Notes under the pieces: generated by a model | Told to the model about the DNA's origin: nothing | Database searches by the model: none | What the model saw: only the letters and a program-made list of their open reading frames with translations | Made by a program: the position numbers and the translations under genes | Shown here: positions 12,594-31,199 of the stretch, one piece after another | Layout of the letters: each line of letters starts with the position of its first letter | How positions within the stretch are numbered: position 1 is the stretch's first letter | Source of the DNA: Eledone cirrhosa | Taxonomy: Eukaryota | Length of the DNA: 64,000 bases | Direction: 5' to 3' | NCBI GenBank assembly: GCA_964016885.1 | Contig: OZ024753.1 | Location: 12,400,001-12,464,000, forward strand

Positions 12594-13186
12594 TGTTATA
12601 TTTGTGGAGGGTCATATTGCTACAATATTGTCAGATATAATAATTGTTTCTACTTTTGGCACAAGGCCAGCAAATAACTAGTAGATTACTGGTACTTTAT
12701 TTTATCGATAATTGTCAGAAATAATAATGAATCACACTCACCGTTTGGTTGGTGGTCTTTTTACATTCTCCTCTACGGGTTATTTATTTACGAGCAACCA
12801 TTGAAATATGGAATCTTGATGTATCAAATTATTAAAAATACAAAAGCTTTGAAGGTAGATACATGTTGATGAATATTTACCTGGGAAGATACTGATTAAT
12901 TTACTAATCCACTTCAAGTTTCACACTTGAGATTTGGCCTTGTTATGCATTCGTATATTGAAGTAGCTGCAAGGAAATTAGTGAAATCATTTCACTATAT
13001 GTAAATGTGAATTTGGCTCATCCTGAGACAATTTTACACGTGTTTTCTAAAAATAAACTAAGTAGCTCACGAGGCAGCAATGATGGTGCATCTACTCGGT
13101 AGATCGATCTGTTAGAAATAGGGCCTATATTTTCCTCAAATTACACCATACTATCTTAAACAAATATATATTGAAGAATGGTATTA

Positions 13187-13230
<44 letters not shown>

Positions 13231-13233
<3 letters not shown>

Positions 13234-13452
13234 AAAGTTCTATTTAAAGTTGTTGGGATACAACAAGTAAATATTTTTATAACTGATATAAAGCACTCGA
13301 CAAGTTTTTGGAGTAGATATACGATATTAATAAATGGAAACTATATTTATAAAACCATATTTATTTCATTATACATATTTCGGGGATACCACATTAAATT
13401 ATGGTATGCCTTCATCAGACAAAATACAATATATAACAGTTTTACAAATAGA
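13231..13452 (-). mobile_element. Short family B element with HHR at 13362-13426
   Basis: Homologous to 7298-7520; CTGATGA-AGGCATACCA...TGGTATCCCC-GAAATATGTATA; TA-rich repeats on both flanks. Confidence 0.85.
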
Positions 13453-14029
13453 TATATACATATATACATATATATAGATATATAGATATATACATATATA
13501 GATAGATATATACATATATACATATATAGATAGATATACACATATATACATATACACATATATACATATATTTGGATATATACATATATATATAGATAGT
13601 TGTTAAAACCTCGGGTAGAATGCTTTATGGTATTCGCTTCTAGGCTCATCTCGTTGAGTTCAAATCCCAGCGATGTATTTGTGTAGAGCTGGGGTCGATT
13701 CTTCCTCTATATCTCTTTCGCTTTTCACTCTTTCTCTTTCAGAAATCTGTTGTTCTCAGGGAGAGGGATGGGTCCCTCAGCTTAAAATACTCAAGAAATG
13801 CCGTATGTGAATACGGGGACCCACGACTCTATTATGAGTTAAGGGACCATACAGTACATATGTATGTGACAGTGAGGACAAGTGTCAGAACATAGATATA
13901 TTTGTCCAGGACAAGCTGTCATTTACAAAGATCCAGTATGATTATAGCACAACATTTGTGGTGTCTGCAGAAGAGATTACCGTCTCATAAGAATTGAAAA
14001 CGTGAAAAAAACAGCAAAGCTATGCATTG

Positions 14030-15520
14030 CATGTTGTTGTTGGTGGTGGTGTTGGTGGAACTGGTGGTGGTGCTGTTGGTGTTAGTGGTATTGGTGGTCG
14101 TGGTGGTGGAGGTGTTGGTGATGGTGATGTTGGTGTTAGTGTTGTTGGTGGTGATGTTGGTGTTAGTAGTGGTGGTGATGTTCGTGCTGGTGTTGTCGGT
14201 GGTGTTGGTGGTGGTTTGTTGTTGTGGTACGTTGTGGTGGTGTTGCTTGTGTTGGTGGTGGTGGTGTTGGCGGTATTGGGGGGTGGTGTTGGTGGTGTTG
14301 TTGTTGATGGTGTTGTTGGTGGTTTGTTGTGGCAGGTTGTGGTGGTGTTGCTTGTGTTGGTGGTGTTGTTGTTGGTGGTGTTGGCGGTATTGGGGGTGTT
14401 GGTGTTGGTAGTGTTAGTGGTGTTCGTGGTGTTGTTTTTGATGTTGTTGTTGGTGGTTTGTTGTTGTGGCAGGTTGTGGTGGTGTTGCTTGTGTTGGTGG
14501 TGTTGTTATTGGTGGTGGTGGTGTTGGCGGTATTTGGGGTGTTGGTGTTGGTAGTGTTGTTGGTGGTGGTGGTGATGTTGGTGTTAGTGGTGTTGGTGGT
14601 GATGTTGGTGCTGGTGTTGTCGGTGGTGTTGGTGGTGCTTTGTTGTTGTGGCAGGTTGTTGTGGTGTTGCTTGTGTTGGTGGTGTTGTTGTTGTTGTTGG
14701 TGGTGGTGTTGGCGGTATTGGGGGTGTTGGTGGTGTTGTTGTTGATGGTGTTGTTGGTGGTTTGTTGTTGTGGCAGGTTGTTGTGGTGTTGCTTGTGTTG
14801 GTGGTGTTGGAGGTATTGGGGGTGGTGTTGGTGGTGTCGTTGTTGATGGTGTTGTTGGTGGTTTGTTGTTGTGGTGTTGCTTGTGTTGGTGGTGTTGTTG
14901 TTGGTGGTGGTGTTGGCGGTATTGGGGGTGTTGGTGGTGTTGTTGTTGATGGTGTTGTTGGCGGTTTGTTGTTGTGGCAGGTTGTTGTGGTGTTGCTTGT
15001 GTTGGTGGTGGTGGTGTTGGCGGTATTGGGGGTGTTGGTGGTGTTGGTGGTGTTGTTGTTGATGGTGTTGTTGGTGGTTTGTTGTTGTGGCAGGTTGTGG
15101 TAGTGTTGTTGGTAATGTTCTTGGTGTTGCTGTAGGTGTTGTAATAGAGGCATTTGGTGGTGGTGGCGGTGGTGGTATTGTTGTTGTTGTTGTTGGTGGT
15201 GGTGCTGAAGGTGGTGGTGTTGTTGTTGGTGTTGCTGTTGATCTTGTTGTTGGTGCTGGTGTTGCTGTTGGTCTTGTTGTTGGTGCTGGTGTTGCTGGTG
15301 TTGCTGTTGTTTCTGTTGTTGGTGCTGGTGTTACTGTTGATGTTGTTTCTGCTGTTGTTGTCGGTCTTGTTAGTGTTGCTAATGTTGCTGTTGTTGGTGT
15401 TATTCTTGGTGTTACTGTTACTGATGCTGTTGCTGTTGTTGTTGCTAATGTTGCTGTTGCTATTTTCTTTGGTGTTGCTGTTGGTGTAGTTGTTGTTGTT
15501 GTTGATGTTGCTGCAATTGT
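14030..15520. repeat. (GTT/GGT)-based minisatellite
   Basis: Recurring unit GTGGCAGGTTG...GTTGCTTGTGTTGG...GGCGGTATTGGGG, about every 90-200 bp. Confidence 0.9.
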
Positions 15521-15890
15521 AAATTAGCAAAAGCATCTATAAAAATATTCTCATAAAAAAAATTAAAATGTCGGAATTACATTTTGTTCTACATTGTTTT
15601 ATGTATTTGTTAATGTTTGTAATTTTTCCGGTGTAAATATTGACTCATTTTCTGGAATGAAGGCGTCAACAATTCTGATTTAATCACGAATCTGATGTTT
15701 GCCGGTATCTTTTTTTTAGCGAATCACCCACAATATAGTAAATGCATGCGAGTATATTAATTGCAGACATTAGTAAACGAATCCAAGACCAACCATGGGT
15801 GGTTGTAATCAATTTGAACACAATACCCCCTGTTTTAAGAACAGGATTTTTGATGACTATTATTTTTATAGCATTATTTTGGCAGTATAA

Positions 15891-16500
15891 GGGCGGTGAA
15901 TTGGCAGTATCAGTAGAGGGCGGTGGATTGGCAGTATCAGTAGAGGGTCGGACGCCATGCTTTGACGCAAAGAGTTGCGTCCCTTTACGATCTGAGTTCA
16001 AATCCCGCCGAGGTTAACTTTCCTTTCATCCTTATGGGGTCGATAAAATAAAGTACCAGTAATGTACTGGGCAATTGCTGGCCTTGTGCCAAAAGTATAA
16101 ACAAGTATTAGTATAGTGTCGGACAATATGCTTTGGGGCATAGAGTTACGGCCTTCTGCGTTCTGAGATAAAATCCCATCGAGGTTAGCTTTGATTTTCA
16201 TACTTACGGGGTCAATAAAATAAAGTAGCAGTCACGCACCTGGGGTCGATTTAATCGACTCCATCCCCCACCCCCTAAATTGTTGTCATCGTGCCTATAT
16301 CCGAAACCATTATTTTTTTCAGGGCAGTATTGGTAGAGTGTCGGGCAATATGCTTTGTGGCATAGAGTTCCGGTTCTTTATGTTCTGGGTTCAAACTTAC
16401 AGGGCCGATAAAGTAAAGTATCAGTCGCACACTGGGATTGATTTAATTGACTTTTCCCTTCCCCCAAATTGCTGGTTTTGTGCCTAAATAAGAAACCATT
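15891..16500 (+). mobile_element. Cluster of three same-family SINEs (about 15891-16103, 16110-16310, 16322-16500)
   Basis: Same head, body and tail motifs; the first copy has a duplicated 27-bp head. Confidence 0.8.
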
Positions 16501-16678
16501 ATTCATGCCTTAATTTCTGACGAGTTCTTTAATTATGTAGAGAAGTAATAGCAATGGATATTTCCCCGGCTTCTTATTTACTTTATCCGATTTATGAATT
16601 ATATTCAGCTATACATGTTAATGTGGAGTGTTTTCCTCATAACGTCTACTGTGAAGATTTGAAGATTTGGTTCATATT

Positions 16679-16892
16679 GGTTTCTTATATAGGCACAAGG
16701 CCAGCAGTTTGGGAGGAGGGGAAGTCGATTAAATCGACTCCAGTACGTGACTGGTACTTTATTTTATCGACCCCGTAAAGATGAAAGGCAAAGTTAACCT
16801 CGGCGGGATTTGAACTCAGATCATAAAGGGCCGTAACTCTATGTTGCAAAACACGGCACTCGATCCTCTAACGATACTGCAATTCACCGCCC
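16679..16892 (-). mobile_element. SINE with 19-bp target-site duplication
   Basis: TGAAGATTTGGTTCATATT at 16660-16678 and 16893-16911. Confidence 0.9.
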
Positions 16893-16924
16893 TGAAGATT
16901 TGGTTCATATTAGCGACTAAACTG

Positions 16925-16966
16925 GGGAGAGAGAGAGAGAGAGAAATAAGGGGACACACACAGAGG

Positions 16967-17004
<38 letters not shown>

Positions 17005-17700
17005 GAGTGTGAGTGAGAGAGATGAAGAGAGCAAGTAAGAGATAGTGAGATATATGGAAAGATAGACATGGAGAGAGAAAGAGATAGAGAGAGAAAGGGA
17101 GAAATAGGTAGAGAGAGAGAGAAACGGAGAAATAGGTAGAGAGAGAGGGAGAGAGAGAAAGGGAGATACATACAGAGATATGTAGATAGGGAGTGAGAGA
17201 GAGAAAGGGAGAAATAGGTAGAGAGAGAGAGTGAGAGAGAAAGGGAGAAATAGGTAGAGAGAGAGAGAGAGGGAGAAATAGGTAGAGAGAGAGAAAGGGA
17301 GAAATAGGTAGTGAGAGAGAAAGGGAGAAATAGGTAGTGAGAGAGAAAGGGAGAAATAGGTAGTGAGAGAGAAAGGGAGAAATAGGTAGAGAGAGAGAAA
17401 GGGAGAAATAGGTAGAGAGAGAGAGAGAGTGAAAGAGAAAGGGACAAATAGGTAGAGAGAGAGAGAGAGAGAGAAAGGGAGATACATACAGAGATATGTA
17501 GATAGGTAGTGAGACAGAGAGGGAGAAATAGGTAGAGAGAGAGAGAGAGAGGGGGAGAAATAGGTAGAGTAAGAAAGGGAGAAATAGGTAGTGAGAGAGA
17601 GAGAGAGAAAAGCAGATATGGAAATAGAGAGTGAGTAAGATAAATAGAGAAAGGGAGATATATAGACAGATAGATAGCGAGAAAGGGAGATAGAAAGGCA
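16925..17700. repeat. Purine-rich minisatellite (GAGAAAGGGAGAAATAGGTA)n with (GATA)n
   Basis: Repeat units visible directly. Confidence 0.9.
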
Positions 17701-17709
17701 GATAGTTAA

Positions 17710-18567
17710 CTTTCTATTTATTTGCCACGAGGGCATAAAAGATTGGGACAACTACAAGTGGGGGGGGGGGGGCGTTACATACATTTAAAGAACGTGTAAA
17801 AAATATAACAAATAAAATTCAACAATCGAAGTCCTCAATAGAGAGGGGCGTTGACGTGGGTCGCACACACCCCCCGAAAAAATGTGCAACCCTCCTCCTC
17901 AGGAGCACAAAGAGCGGGTGTACCCTTCCTCTCCTCCTTCTCCTCCTCTCTCACCTACAGGCTGATATAGAGAGAAGGCCCATTCACTCGGGCCATTCTC
18001 GCAACTTTCACCCACCAGAAAGACAGATAGATATATTTCTTTATTAGCCACAAGGGCGCACAAGAAAAGACATGCCGGGGATTTTACATACAGTCGTGTA
18101 AAAAATATAAAAACAAACAATTACAACAATCGAAATCCCCAATAGGGGGGAGGCGCCACAAATTGGTTGTTTAATACCCCGTCGATAGAACAACCCTCAA
18201 ATCCAGGAGCGCGTTGTGCAAGTGCTCCTTTCTTCCTTTTGCTCTCTTCCTCAACCTACAGGCTTATAAACAGAGAAGGCCCAGTCACTCGGGCCATTTT
18301 CGCTTCATTCCCCCACCTTTCAGTAAATTTACTGGGGTGCAGTGCCTCTCTCTCTACCCTGATTCTCCTTCTAAAGTGATACTTAAAGAAGGGAATCAAT
18401 TGTTGTCCGGAGAGAAAGGCATCTGTCCTCAGTCCTCTCAACCTCGTCCACCATATAACTTCTTTCACCATAGCCACCGTGAAAGAGGCTGGCGGTTTGA
18501 TCCTTACTATGGACTCGGCAGTCAACTGGATTTGTCCCGTACGCGACAGATAGATAGTGAGATACAT
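17710..18567 (-). pseudogene. Two tandem 3' fragments of a Tx1/L1-type LINE
   Basis: MVKEVIWWTR...FFKYHFRRRIRVERE...FTERW is ORF2 C-terminus-like; duplicated 3' UTR ending GTGGC(A/T)AATAAA at about 17712-17730 and 18038-18052. Confidence 0.6.
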
Positions 18568-20009
18568 AGATAAGCGTATTGTGTTAAAAGTAAAATAAAT
18601 CTAGTAAGAAAAAAAGTGAAAGTTTTTGAATTATATTTTTAGAATATATCTCTTGAATATATCAGGGGCCCACGAAGGCACTAAGTGTCACAGTTATGTG
18701 TATCACTTGACCATTTTAAAAAAAATATATTTCTTGAAAACATCAGGGGCCCACGAAGGCACTAAGTGTCACAGTCATCAGTATCACTTGACCATTGCAA
18801 GGCAATGGAGGCGTCCCAGGTTGGGCAGTCTCAAAAGTTCACTCGAAAGTCATGGGTGTGCATTCACACAGTTGAGCGGTGGGGTAATCACAAACCGGTT
18901 CACACCCGGGCAGGAGTCCAATGGTCAGAGAGAGGTGCATCGAAGGAGGTAGAAGAATTCACGTGCATTAGCAAGCGAGGTGCAGGCGGGTTAAAGCAAG
19001 CAGACACAGTTGTAGCGCATACAAAAGATATATAAAAAGACAGAAGATATCTAAAAAATAGCTTCAAGAGCCATTAAGTCACCGCATTGGGACATCATAA
19101 GATTGTACACATCGATATGTTCAGCACGTATATGCACGTATACACACCACATGCATATGCAGAGACGGTATACATATATATATATATTTTTTTTTTTTAT
19201 ATATACAGACACATACAACCACCTACACCCATACACATATAAATGTATACACGGACACACACGCACACACACACAGCGTAGGACACCCGGGTCAAATCTG
19301 ATATTAAACACCGAAATACCACATTAGACCAGACCCACCACCATAGGTAATACATTCAAAATAAATACATACGATGAGATGTAGTAAAATAAAGTTGAAA
19401 TCCTACGGAGATATTCATGTCCGCACGTGCCATTGACCGATTCGAGTGTATTTAATTTTTATTTATTTATTTATTTATTTAATTACATTTAATTACATTT
19501 AATTATACATTTAATTATATCTTATATTATATTATTTTAATTTAGTCTATGTTATTTGATTTTAGTTTACCTTATTTTATCTTATTTTACGATTATATTA
19601 TATTATGTTCTATGTATATAATTTTTAATTTTAATTTTATATTATTTTATCTCATTCTTTACCCTATATTTTATATGTAAGTTTGTTATGTATTTCTTTG
19701 TATTTCTTTATATTTTCTTATTTATATATATTATAAGTCTGTTTTTCACCTATTTTTTACCTATTTTTTACCTACTCTTACCTAATGTCTGTTCTCTTAT
19801 CCATGTGTATGCTTGTATGTAACTATATGTTGACAGCACCCCGCCCAACTGTGACTGATAGCACCCCTTATTTTTATTTTTACTTTTATTTTTATTCTTA
19901 TCTTTATTTTTACTTTTACTTCCTTAATATCCTTTATCGTCTATTATTACCTTTCATTCTTCAATGTCTTGGATTTGTTATTGCTTGTATGGTATGTAAT
20001 TAACCTTTA

Positions 20010-20055
20010 TGCTCTGATGAGTCCCACTTATAGTGCGGATGAAACAATGTTAGCA
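20010..20055 (+). ncRNA. Hammerhead ribozyme, family F
   Basis: TGCT-CTGATGA-GTCC-CACT-tat-AGTG-c-GGAT-GAA-ACA-a-TGT-T-AGCA. Confidence 0.75.
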
Positions 20056-20193
20056 AGTAAAGATATGCATATGCTATAAGCGTTCTTTGTTATTTATTAT
20101 ATTACGGCTCTGTCCTCAGACATTGAGCTAACCTCATACTGCCTGCTGGATAAGTGGAGTGTTATACACCCCTGATCCTTTTCCCTAGCATAC

Positions 20194-23917
<3,724 letters not shown>

Positions 23918-23919
23918 CA

Positions 23920-24700
23920 TTAAGGTATTTGAGCGAGTGGTGAGATCGCGAATGACCCACTTCCTTGAGAGTAACAATATGCTGAACTCCAACCAGCATG
24001 GATTCCGTAATGGAAGGGATTGCCTGACGCAACTACTGCATCACTTTGATGACATTTTGAGAGCCTTGGGAGAGGGTTCCAACACTGATGTTATCTACCT
24101 TGATTTCAGCAAGGCCTTTGACAGGGTTGATCATAACATTCTACTGAGAAAGCTGTCCAATATTGGTGTCACTGGAAAGCTGCTGCAGTGGATCAAGAGC
24201 CTCCTGTCAAACAGAACCCAACATGTTGTAGTTGAGGGAGTCAAATCCAGCCCAGCCAAAGTCAGTAGTGGAGTCCCACAAGGCACTGTGTTGGGCCCAC
24301 TTCTCTTCATCATTTATATTAATGACATCACTGACATCATCAAACACAGCAACATTAAAATTTTCGCTGATGATTCCAAGCTCCAAAAGGTCATCAATGG
24401 CGTGGATGACCGGATAAGCCTTCAGTCAGACCTACTGGCTGTTACCCAATGGGCAGAAAAGAACACATGTTACTGAACGAGGACAAATTCGAACTGATCC
24501 ACTTTGGAAAAGAGGATGCTCTGAAACTCCCGTACTCCCTTCCCTCCGGGGAAACTCTCGTGGCATCTAACACCATCAGAGACTTGGGAGTAACCGTGGA
24601 CAGCAACATAAGCTGGACCACGCATATAAGCAGCAAAGTTGACATGGCCCGCAGAATGTGTTCCTGGATCCTCAGAACCTTCCAGTCGAGAGATTCCCGC
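23920..24700 (+). pseudogene. CR1/L2-group LINE RT fragment, frameshift near 24460, cut by gap
   Basis: [36 protein letters not shown] and RDLGV motifs. Confidence 0.93.
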
Positions 24701-24900
24701 NNNNNNNNNNNNNNNNNNNNNNNNNNNNNNNNNNNNNNNNNNNNNNNNNNNNNNNNNNNNNNNNNNNNNNNNNNNNNNNNNNNNNNNNNNNNNNNNNNNN
24801 NNNNNNNNNNNNNNNNNNNNNNNNNNNNNNNNNNNNNNNNNNNNNNNNNNNNNNNNNNNNNNNNNNNNNNNNNNNNNNNNNNNNNNNNNNNNNNNNNNNN
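24701..24900. other. Assembly gap (200 N)
   Basis: Run of N. Confidence 1.
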
Positions 24901-24945
24901 TACATCGTATATTATAACATATATATATATATATATATATACATC

Positions 24946-25031
<86 letters not shown>

Positions 25032-25113
25032 GTATATATAACATATATATATATATACAGTATATATATATAGTATATATACATACATATCTATATATGT
25101 ATATATATATAGA

Positions 25114-25150
<37 letters not shown>

Positions 25151-25246
25151 TATATATATATATATAGTATATATATATATATAGTATATATATATATATA
25201 TAGTACATATACATATATATATATAGTATATATACATATATATATA

Positions 25247-25282
<36 letters not shown>

Positions 25283-25333
25283 TATATACATATATATATA
25301 TATATAGTATATATACATATATATATATATATA

Positions 25334-25371
<38 letters not shown>

Positions 25372-25426
25372 TATATACATATATATATATATATAGTATA
25401 TATACATAGTATATATATATATAGTA

Positions 25427-25458
<32 letters not shown>

Positions 25459-25652
25459 GTATATATACATATATATATATAGTATATATACATATATATA
25501 TATAGTATATATACATATATATATATAGTATATACATATATATATATAGTATATATACATATATATATATATAGTATATATATATATAGTATATATACAT
25601 ATATTTATATATACATAGATATATATATATAGTATATATATATATATATATA

Positions 25653-25694
<42 letters not shown>

Positions 25695-25718
25695 TATATA
25701 TATATATATATATAGTAT

Positions 25719-25750
<32 letters not shown>

Positions 25751-25754
25751 GTAT

Positions 25755-25786
<32 letters not shown>

Positions 25787-25798
25787 GTATATATATAT

Positions 25799-25836
<38 letters not shown>

Positions 25837-25964
25837 GTATATATATATATATATATAATATATGTATATATATAGTATATATATATATATATATATAATA
25901 TATATATAGTATATATATATATATATAGTATATATATATATATATAATATATGTATATATATAG

Positions 25965-25997
<33 letters not shown>

Positions 25998-26009
25998 TAT
26001 AGTATATAT

Positions 26010-26043
<34 letters not shown>

Positions 26044-26044
26044 G

Positions 26045-26079
<35 letters not shown>

Positions 26080-26093
26080 TATAGTATATATAT

Positions 26094-26129
<36 letters not shown>

Positions 26130-26130
26130 G

Positions 26131-26161
<31 letters not shown>

Positions 26162-26182
26162 TATAGTATATATATATATATA

Positions 26183-26249
<67 letters not shown>

Positions 26250-27257
26250 TATATATATATATATAGTATATATATATATATATATATATATAGTATATAT
26301 ATATATAGTATATATATATATAATATATATATATAATATATATATATAATATATATATATAATATATATATATATAATATATATATATAGTATATATATA
26401 TATAATATATATATATAGTATATATATATATAGTATATATATATAGTATATATATATAGTATATATATATAATATATATATAGTAATATATATATATAGT
26501 ATATATATATAGTATATATATATAGTATATATATATAGTATATATATATATAGTATATATATATATAGTATATATATATAGTATTATATATAGTATATAT
26601 ATATATAGTATATATATATATAGTATATATATATATAGTATATATATATATAGTATATATATATAGTATATATATATAGTATATATATATATATAGTATA
26701 TATATATAGTATATATATATATATAGTATATATATATAGTATATATATATACTATATATATATAGTATATATATATAGTATATATATATAGTATATATAT
26801 ATAGTATATATATATATAATATATATATATAGTATATATATATATAGTATATATATATAGTATATATATATAGTATATATATATAGTATATATATATATA
26901 ATATATATATATAGTATATATATATAGTATATATATATATATAGTATATATAGTATATATATATATATAGTATATATAGAATATATATATATATAGTATA
27001 TATATATATATATAGTATATATAGTATATATATATATATAGTATATATAGTATATAGTATATATATATATATATATATTATATATAGTATATATATATAT
27101 ATATAGTATATATAGTATATATATATATATAGTATATATATATATATATAGTATATATAGTATATATATATATATATAGTATATATAGTATATATAGTAT
27201 ATATATATATATAGTATATATAGTATATATATATATATAGTATATATATATATATAG

Positions 27258-27290
<33 letters not shown>

Positions 27291-27439
27291 GTATATATAT
27301 ATATATATAGTATATATATATATATATATAGTATATATATATATATATTATATATAGTATATATATATATATATAGTATATATATATATATATATAGTAT
27401 ATATATATATATATTATATATAGTATATATATATATATA

Positions 27440-27474
<35 letters not shown>

Positions 27475-27547
27475 TATATATATATATATATAGTATATAT
27501 ATATAGTATATATATTATATATAGTATATATATATATATAGTATATA

Positions 27548-27585
<38 letters not shown>

Positions 27586-28321
27586 ATATATATATAGTAT
27601 ATATAGTATATATATATATATATATAGTATATATAGTATATATATAGTATATATAGTATATATATATATAGTATATATAGTATATATATATATATAGTAT
27701 ATATAGTATATATATATAGTATATATATATAGTATATATAGTATATATATATATATAGTATATATAGTATATATATATATATATATATATAGTATATATA
27801 TATAGTATATATATATATATATATAGTATATATATATATATATAGTATATATAGTATATATTATATATAGTATATATAGTATATATATATATATAGTATA
27901 TATAGTATATATATATATATAGTATATATAGTATATATATAGTATATATAGTATATATATATAGTATATATAGTATATATATATATAGTATATATAGTAT
28001 ATATATATATATAGTATATATAGTATATATATATATAGTATATATAGTATATATATATATATATAGTATATATAGTATATATATATATATATAGTATATA
28101 TAGTATATATATATATAGTATATATAGTATATATATATATATATAGTATATATAGTATAATATATATATAGTATATATAGTATATATATATATATAGTAT
28201 ATATAGTATATATATATATATATAGTATATATATATATATATATATATATAGTATATATATATATAGTATATATATATATATATATATATAGTATATATA
28301 TATATATATATAGTATATATA

Positions 28322-28365
<44 letters not shown>

Positions 28366-28491
28366 TATATATATATATATAGTATATATAGTATATATAT
28401 ATATATATAGTATATATATAGTATATATATATATATAGTATAGTATATATATATATATATATAGTATATATAGTATATATATATATATATA

Positions 28492-28527
<36 letters not shown>

Positions 28528-28664
28528 TATATAGTATATATATATATATATATATATAGTATATATATATATATATATATATATAGTATATATAGTATAT
28601 ATATATATATATAGTATATATAGTATATATATATAGTATATATATATATATATAGTATATATAG

Positions 28665-28699
<35 letters not shown>

Positions 28700-28992
28700 G
28701 TATATATATATATATATATAGTATATATATATATATAGTATATATAGTATATATATAGTATATATAGTATATATATATATATATATTATATATAGTATAT
28801 ATATATATATAGTATAGTATATATATATATATATATAGTATATAATATATAGTATATATAGTATATATATATATATATATAGTATATATATATATATATA
28901 GTATATATAGTATATATATATATATATAGTATATATAGTATATATATATATATATAGTATATATAGTATATATATATATATATATATATATA

Positions 28993-29049
<57 letters not shown>

Positions 29050-29743
29050 GTATATATATATATATAGTATATATAGTATATATATATATATATATAGTAT
29101 ATATATATATATAGTATATATAGTATATATATATAGTATATATAGTATATATATATATATATATTATATATAGTATATATATATAGTATATATAGTATAT
29201 ATATATATATATATAGTATATATAGTATATATATATATAGTATATAGTATATATATATATATATAGTATATATAGTATATATATATATATATATATATAT
29301 AGTATATATATATATATATAGTATATATAGTATATATATATATATAGTATATATATATATATATAGTATATATATATATATATAGTATATATAGTATATA
29401 TATATATATAGTATATATATATATATATAGTATATATAGTATATATATATATATATAGTATATATATATATATATAGTATATATATATATATATAGTATA
29501 TATAGTATAATATATATATATATAGTATATATATAGTATATATAGTATATATATATATATATAGTATATATATATATATATAGTATATATATATATATAT
29601 AGTATATATATATATATATAGTATATATAGTATATATATATATATATAGTATATATATATATATATAGTATATATAGTATATATATATATATATAGTATA
29701 TATATATATATATAGTATATATAGTATATATATATATATATAG

Positions 29744-29774
<31 letters not shown>

Positions 29775-30164
29775 GTATATATATATATATATAGTATATA
29801 TATATATATATAGTATATATAGTATATATATATATATATAGTATATATATATATATATAGTATATATATATATATATAGTATATATAGTATATATATATA
29901 TATATAGTATATATATATATATATAGTATATATATATATATATAGTATATATAGTATATATATATATATATAGTATATATAGTATATATATATATATATA
30001 GTATATATAGTATATATATATATATATATATATAGTATATATATATATATATATATATAGTATATATAGTATATATATATATATATAGTATATATAGTAT
30101 ATATATATATAGTATATATAGTATATATAGTATATATAGTATATATATATATATATATATATAG
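24901..30164. repeat. 5.3-kb (TA)n array interrupted by G
   Basis: Direct reading. Confidence 0.97.
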
Positions 30165-31159
30165 TCTACGACTTCTGCTATACCTTTTACGTGGTTTTGT
30201 CTTTGCGTGCTATTGTTCTCCACGCTCCACATATGACGTATTATCTTCGTTTTTTCGTTCATTGCCAGAAAACGTCTCTATGCACCACCTAACAGAACAT
30301 TAGTCTACGACCTCTTTTATACCATAAACGTGGTTCTGTCTTTGGGCGTAATTGTTTTTCACCGCTCCTATTAATGACGTATTATATTCGTTTTTTCCCG
30401 TCTTTGCCAGGGAACGTTTCCACGAACCAAAGTATCGTCTTCCTGTCTTCCTCCGGTTGCAACGGTTTTTGAAATATCCAGTTCTGCGTTTGCAGATTGA
30501 CTTTGTTAGTTTCAGAAGATCCCGTTAAGGGTGAAAGCAGCGATTCTTTGCTTAAACTTTAATCTGTTATTTTAATAAATATATATATATATATATATAT
30601 CCAAAATATATACAAGCTTGGTTACACGCTTGTAAAAATTATCTCCTGTGATTATTCATGTTTACATTTATTTATATATATGTTAATCAGATTAAATTCA
30701 TTTAATTTATCTTAATTTTGGATATAGATATATAAATACGGCTCCTTAATTGTAGAGCTAACTCTGTTGAAAGGAATTGTCTGCTGTTTCTAGTTGTCGA
30801 ATACCTATTCACGCACTGAGACGAAGCCGCTGTGTAAAAACAACACGTGGTAGCGGACAGTTGAAGATTTTAACTCGCCGTGTAAGCATGGATTGCTGGA
30901 ATATTGTTCTTCCTTGTTGATAATCCAATAATATCCACTTTCTGTGACTTACCATCTGATTAATTGGTGAAATATATTTCTTTAATGGAATATATTCAGG
31001 GAAGATTAATCATTAAAAGGTATCTATTTTTGAAGTTCTAGTTAACTTTTATTTATTTGTTACCTACCTAGCTATGCGTGGTTACACGCTTGTAAAAATT
31101 ATCTCCTGGTGATTATTCATGTTTATATTTATTTATATATATGTTAATCAATTTCTAGT

Positions 31160-31199
<40 letters not shown>

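Noticed and set aside
15891-16103. tRNA-like heads as tRNA genes
   Set aside because: No cloverleaf; these are SINE internal promoters.
16516-16552. CTGACGAG hammerhead-like start
   Set aside because: No GAAA or stem II downstream.
16925-17700. Regular repeats as a CRISPR array
   Set aside because: Eukaryotic low-complexity minisatellite with no unique spacers or cas genes.
18742-18785. TGATGA...CTGA on minus, box C/D-like
   Set aside because: Too short for a snoRNA, and box C is absent from the tandem copy.
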